This document shows, piece after piece, positions 37,636-42,917 of a DNA stretch of 42,917 nt. The stretch is from Octopus bimaculoides. Its lineage: Eukaryota. Under the pieces are notes generated by a model, which searched no databases, was not told the DNA's origin, and saw only the letters and a program-made list of their open reading frames with translations. The stretch's first letter is position 1. Every line of letters begins with the position of its first letter. The stretch is from the NCBI RefSeq assembly GCF_001194135.2, contig NC_068990.1, positions 90,185,822 through 90,228,738 of the forward strand, written 5' to 3'. A program made the translations under genes and the position numbers.

Positions 37636-37725
37636 ATCATAATCACCACCACCACCACCACCACCACCACCATCATCATCACCACCACCATTATCATTAT
37701 CATCACCACCAATATTATCATCATC

Positions 37726-37756
<31 letters not shown>

Positions 37757-37766
37757 GCAGCAGCAG

Positions 37767-37830
<64 letters not shown>
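37636..37830. repeat. Compound trinucleotide array (CAC)/(CAT)/(CAG)/(ATT)n
   Basis: Directly visible; produces the poly-T/I and poly-N/A/D/G ORFs. Confidence 0.96.
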
Positions 37831-37834
<4 letters not shown>

Positions 37835-38321
37835 GTATTATCTATCAATTGTTTTCTCTCTAGAATTGAGAACAGAAAGTGTTTGTTAAAAGAAGGCTCT
37901 GGAATCATCGATAATTTCGGTAAACAATAGAAATTGGAATTGATATGATACAATCTGAAATATCGATCACTTAATTCTGTGTGAACGGCAAACGAAGAAA
38001 AAACAATAATTAACTTTCAATTGTTTAAGCATTTAATAAAAAAGCAAAAAAATGCTAATCGATTATTGTTCCAATACAAGGATTATTACGTAATTATCTA
38101 TCGATTCTGCATTACGTTCACATATCAATTTTCTCTCGATTCCACTTCATATATATATATATATATATATATATANNNNNNNNNNATAAATATTTATCGT
38201 TTTTCGTTTTTGTAATTTGCAGAAAGTTCCAGAAGTAACTCGCAAACGGAAAGTTTCGTCCTAGGAATTCATAATGAACTCGATAATTACCCTGCACGAA
38301 ACTTTCAGCCCTTGAGTCTTG

Positions 38322-38606
38322 GCCCCCCCTTCGATCATGAATGACCATGGGATTGCACCGAGAAAGTTACCCTCCGAGGCACAAGTCTGGGCAAGGTTGT
38401 TTTATGGAAGACCAGTAGTCGCCCATGCATACCCGCCTCCCCTCTTCACGCCACCGATGTTATCCAAGGGAAAGGCAAAGGGGCCGACGCAGATTGGCAA
38501 CAGTGACGTCATAACTCATTTCTACAGCTGAGTGAACTGAAGCAACGTGAAATAAAGTGTCTTGCTCAAGAACTCAACACCAGTCTGGTCCGGGAATCGG
38601 ACTGAC
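38322..38606 (-). mobile_element. SINE family D, 5'-truncated
   Basis: Minus strand cgattcccggacc (B-box end)...cttgagcaagacactttatttcacgttgcttcagttcactcagctg...atgcatgggcgact...gcaatcccatggtcattcatgatcgaagggg. Confidence 0.8.
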
Positions 38607-38819
38607 AGTCCAATTTGTAACATTAGCAAAGATTTAAGTTCAGCAGGAGTGTATTTATCCCACCTTATCATTTGGGATAAATACACTATGTCACATAGAG
38701 GTGCAACGGAAGCTCTTGTTAAGACCTTACAGAGCTTAAGAGGCAACAATAAATCTATGGGAGGAGTTACATTAGTTTTATCAGGAGACTTCAGACAGAC
38801 ATTGCCAGTCATAAAAGCG
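38607..38819 (+). mobile_element. Helitron RepHel PIF1-helicase fragment
   Basis: SPICNISK...LIIWDKYTMSHRGATEALVKTLQSLRGNNKSMGGVTLVLSGDFRQTLPVIK matches PIF1 motif II (IIWDE.TM, here E to K) and motif III (GGV...GDFRQ.LPV). Confidence 0.88.
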
Positions 38820-38840
38820 GTAAGTATTCTATTTTCGTCT

Positions 38841-38901
38841 ATTATTATTATTATTGTTGTTGTTCTTGTTGCTGTTGTTATTATTGTTGTTGTTGTTGTT
38901 G

Positions 38902-38965
<64 letters not shown>
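38841..38965. repeat. (ATT)n/(GTT)n trinucleotide tract
   Basis: Directly visible. Confidence 0.96.
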
Positions 38966-39106
38966 CTTGTATTATGAATTCAGAACTGATTTCCCAATTA
39001 AAGAATAAATTGTATCCCAATTAAAAAATAAGTGGAATTTAGAATAACAGATTTCTATACAATATATTTTGCATTTTTTTCCCAATATATAAGGAACAAT
39101 TTAATT

Positions 39107-39135
39107 CCCGAGTAACGCCGGGTGCCTCTACTTGT
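39107..39135 (+). mobile_element. Probable Helitron 3' terminus (hairpin plus CTRR-like end before T)
   Basis: cccg-agtaacgc-cggg hairpin at 39107-39122, then CTTG|T at 39131-39135 (canonical CTRR|T), 290 bp downstream of the helicase fragment in the same orientation. Confidence 0.6.
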
Positions 39136-40140
39136 ATATAATAAATACACGTATAGCTTTTTATTTCGAATTATACATCCCCAATGAATTTAATATGAGT
39201 TCTGAAATATTCGTAATTTCGTAAAAATTACTCTGCTTTGGCATTTACCACTTCCTGTTATCTTTCCATGGATATACTCTTAATTTTGTTGTGAGAAATA
39301 TATTTCTATTCATATATATTTGCTTCAAGTTCCAGAACGTTCTCCTTCAGAGAAAATTCCATTTCAGTCCGATTTCGTATATATTTCTGGAGCACCTCTT
39401 AGATAAGTTTTCTCTTATCACACTTTCTTTGTCATTCCTTACAAATATTATTTTCTTTGACGTCAGTCGAAAGTGCATCTGTGGAGATAAGTTTGCACTA
39501 AGTGATCGCTTAAACAATTACCTCATCTCATATTCATTTGTCACTATAAATTTCTATTAATAGCTTCAAGTACCAGTTTATTTCTTTCGGTATCAGTCAT
39601 CTTAAACCTATTCGTGAATAAATATCTCTTTTTCAGTACTCAATTACCTAGAAATTATAAAACGAACTACAACAGTAGCGCATAGGTTACTCGTATTCAG
39701 TATGTGTTTGTTGATATGACGACATTTAGAATATTTTTTATTGAAAAATTCCACTTTCTTTTGGGTTAAAATGATTAACAAAAGCTTTATGCATTTGCCG
39801 CTAATAAATTACTCTCAGTATTTTCAAAGATTTATTTAACGTATTTAATGGCATAAAAGATGCAAATAATAGCGATGCATTTCAACAGAAATATTGTAAC
39901 AAATGGTTTAAAAGAATAATTGTTTGTAACATTTTCAGAGTCATTCCAATAAAATAATTATCTAGAGTTTTCTGGTGGCATTCAGTGAACCAGTTGAAAA
40001 AAAAAACAAAAAAAAAAAAACTAGCATTGGTTCATATAAATTGAAATAACGTAAGATATGCATCGTAAAGTGGATTATAATGATTTTTCTTTATAATATG
40101 TAGAATAGAAAAATTGCGACTCAATCCAAATATATTTAAA

Positions 40141-40415
40141 AACAGAAGAGGGAGGGGGAGGAAGAGGCTGAGGAAGAAGTAGAAGGAGAGGAGGAGGAAG
40201 AAGGAGAAAAAGAAGAGGGGAGGAGAAGGAGGGGGAAGAAGGAGAAAAAGAAGAGGGGAGGAGAAGGAAGGGGAAGAAGGAGAAGAGGAAGAAGTAGAAG
40301 AAGAAGGAGAAGAAGAAAAAGAAAAAGAAGGGAGGAGGAGGCAGAGGAAAAAGTAGAAGAAGAGGTAGAGTAAGAAGTAGAAGGAGAGGAGGAGGAAGAA
40401 GGAGAAGGAGAAAAG
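40141..40415. repeat. Purine-only (GAA/GAG/GGA) low-complexity tract
   Basis: Directly visible. Confidence 0.95.
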
Positions 40416-40518
40416 CATTTTGCTATCATTACTCTTCATCTGCTACGAACTCGGAACCAATCGTTCACAGCCCACCAAGAACAGGCTTTCATATACTTAA
40501 TATTTCTATGGCCTCATT

Positions 40519-40663
40519 ATTTTTTTCTACTCTAGGCACAAGGCCCGAAACTTTTGGGGAGGGGGCCAGTCGATTAGATCAACCCCATTACGCAATTGGT
40601 ACTTAATTTATCGACCCCGAAAGGATGAAAGGCAAAGTCAACCTCGGCGGAATTTGAACTCAA
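40519..40663 (-). mobile_element. 5'-truncated SINE family A with target-site duplication
   Basis: Family A body on the minus strand, truncated at the B-box; ATGGCCTCATT at 40508-40518 and 40664-40674. Confidence 0.92.
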
Positions 40664-41647
40664 ATGGCCTCATTTATTGATGGGAAGGAAGGAATTATTT
40701 TTGGGCTGGAGACGTGGCAAGAATGTTAGCAAAAGCTAGATAACGGGCTTTGGTTGTGTTTAAACGGCTTATAGATTAAGGATATTATCTCGGGGCAAGA
40801 ATGACCGGCCCTATGCAAGCAAGGAAAAAACCCCATCCAGTGACAATATGAGTGTGTTAAACACGTTAACGGAATATATCTTCCATTGAAGGAAAGGAAT
40901 GATTTTCTTTATGTCTGCAGAAAGCATCCAGTGATACCTTAGCCTCTTGGTACAGTGATTCAAAGATCATTAAGTCTTCTCTCTAACATGAATGCTCACT
41001 TCGATATAACTTCGATTGGTCAAGTGCCATGCAAAAGGTTTCAGCCGAACCAAGATCAAAGCAGAAGATATTTGCCCTAACTATTAAGCAGCAGCGTTAT
41101 AAAGAACAAATCACCACACGAATTATGTGTAACTGTCTTCACCCTACAGCCAAATCTTGCACCAGTATTTGAACACAGATCCTAAAACAGAGCCAAAACT
41201 ATGTCCTTAATCGTATTTCTCCACCCCATCACCTCCTTACTACATTACGTATTACTTTTCATGTAACAAGATTTTCCACCGAATTTACAAAAATAAAACA
41301 CTGGAGAAAGACAGAAATTTATTTTTCAATTTGGATAGATTGTGGCGACTCTACACATTCTCACTACAACAAAATTGGATTGGTGCATTATGAAAATGAA
41401 TCAATACACGAAAATAAAGAAAAAAATGTTCTTTGATTATTCCAATTTATTATAAATGGTAAAAACGAAAGAATTTTCATTCCAGCGTCTTCATTTGTTT
41501 TACAGCCACACGTATCTGTGGCATGCTGGGAAACAAATTAAATGTCACATCTGATTCATTTGAATATTGCAATCTGATCTACTTGGTGGCTTACTTCTTC
41601 TATTTTTACTTGTGTGCACGTCATTATTATAAGAAATGAAATTGTTC

Positions 41648-41868
41648 ATACATACATACATACATACATACATACACTTAATATGTATGTGTGTGTGTGT
41701 ATAAATATCCACATATATCCACATATATACGTACATAGTATATATATATATATTTTGTACATGTTCAAGTAATATGTATATTTTATCATTGCAAACCTAC
41801 AACTGTGTACATATGTATATATATATATATATATATATGATATGCATACATATAAACGCACAAAGATG

Positions 41869-41916
<48 letters not shown>

Positions 41917-41999
41917 TGTGTGTGTATAAATAAATAAATGAGTATAAACATATTACATAAAAGTTCTTATAATATGTAATGCGTGTATATATATATACA

Positions 42000-42050
<51 letters not shown>

Positions 42051-42333
42051 GGACAAATACATACATATTTATGAATATGTCGATGTTGTTGAGTGTATAT
42101 ACACATGTATATACACTTATATACATATTTATCTATATACGCGTAGATATGCTCAAATATGCATACACACACACTGGCACATGTGAATACAGTAGTATTC
42201 AAGGACACGCTCATAGCGTGCGTGTTTGTATATTTAAATGATATAATGTCTATACGTATTAAAACATATCTAAATATTTCTTGGTAATAAGTTTATATAT
42301 TTCACATTGTCTATTGATTTCCCCCTTTACACA

Positions 42334-42367
<34 letters not shown>

Positions 42368-42792
42368 CCTACAGTACAAAACGTACGTATACTCACGTCG
42401 TTTATTTTTCATTTTCATTTCTCTACGGATACTTATATTTTATTATATCACCAAAAATATAATAATGTAGATATAGGCATCTACATACGCCTGTATATTG
42501 ACAAGGTATATATAGCACACACACGCACACACACGCACACACCGGCACACACATACACACAAACAGACATGTATATGTATATACATATAAACACGTATAT
42601 AGACGCATACGTACAAATATGCACCTCTCCTTCTCTCGCTCTGTACACACAGACACAGATACACACACACACATGTATATTTATATTTATATATATATAT
42701 CTGTGCCCGTGTCTGTGTGTTTATAATATATGCAGACGCACAAACCCGGGAACATACGCAGACAGATCTATCTATCTATGTATCTATCTATG

Positions 42793-42860
<68 letters not shown>

Positions 42861-42885
42861 AAATATATGTTAATTATAAAGATAC

Positions 42886-42917
<32 letters not shown>
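41648..42917. repeat. Cluster of (ATAC)n, (TA)n, (TG)/(CA)n and (TATC)n microsatellites with short unique spacers
   Basis: Directly visible. Confidence 0.88.

Overview
Repeat-saturated, AT-rich eukaryotic genomic DNA with many N-gaps, most flanked by microsatellites. The tRNA-derived SINE families, microsatellite density and LINE/MITE repertoire suggest an octopus (coleoid cephalopod) intronic or intergenic region; this is inferred from pattern recall, not a search. No intact host protein-coding gene, rRNA, true tRNA or CRISPR array was found, and almost all long ORFs in the track are microsatellite or gap artefacts. What can be supported: about 20 SINE copies from at least four families; two TIR-bounded MITEs and an interleaved inverted-repeat cassette; a nearly intact but disrupted gag-like LINE ORF1 (15418-16541) abutting a heavily decayed Ty3/Gypsy pol relic (RT-RNaseH-integrase, about 16.7-19.25 kb) that the ORF track misses; several R4/Dong-like LINE 3' ends in (AAT)n tracts; RTE-like and L1/Tx1-like LINE scraps; Helitron PIF1-helicase relics; and two minimal hammerhead-ribozyme-like motifs of the Penelope/retrozyme type, one nearly intact at 37156-37195. 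Protein-motif assignments were made by eye and need HMM/BLAST confirmation.
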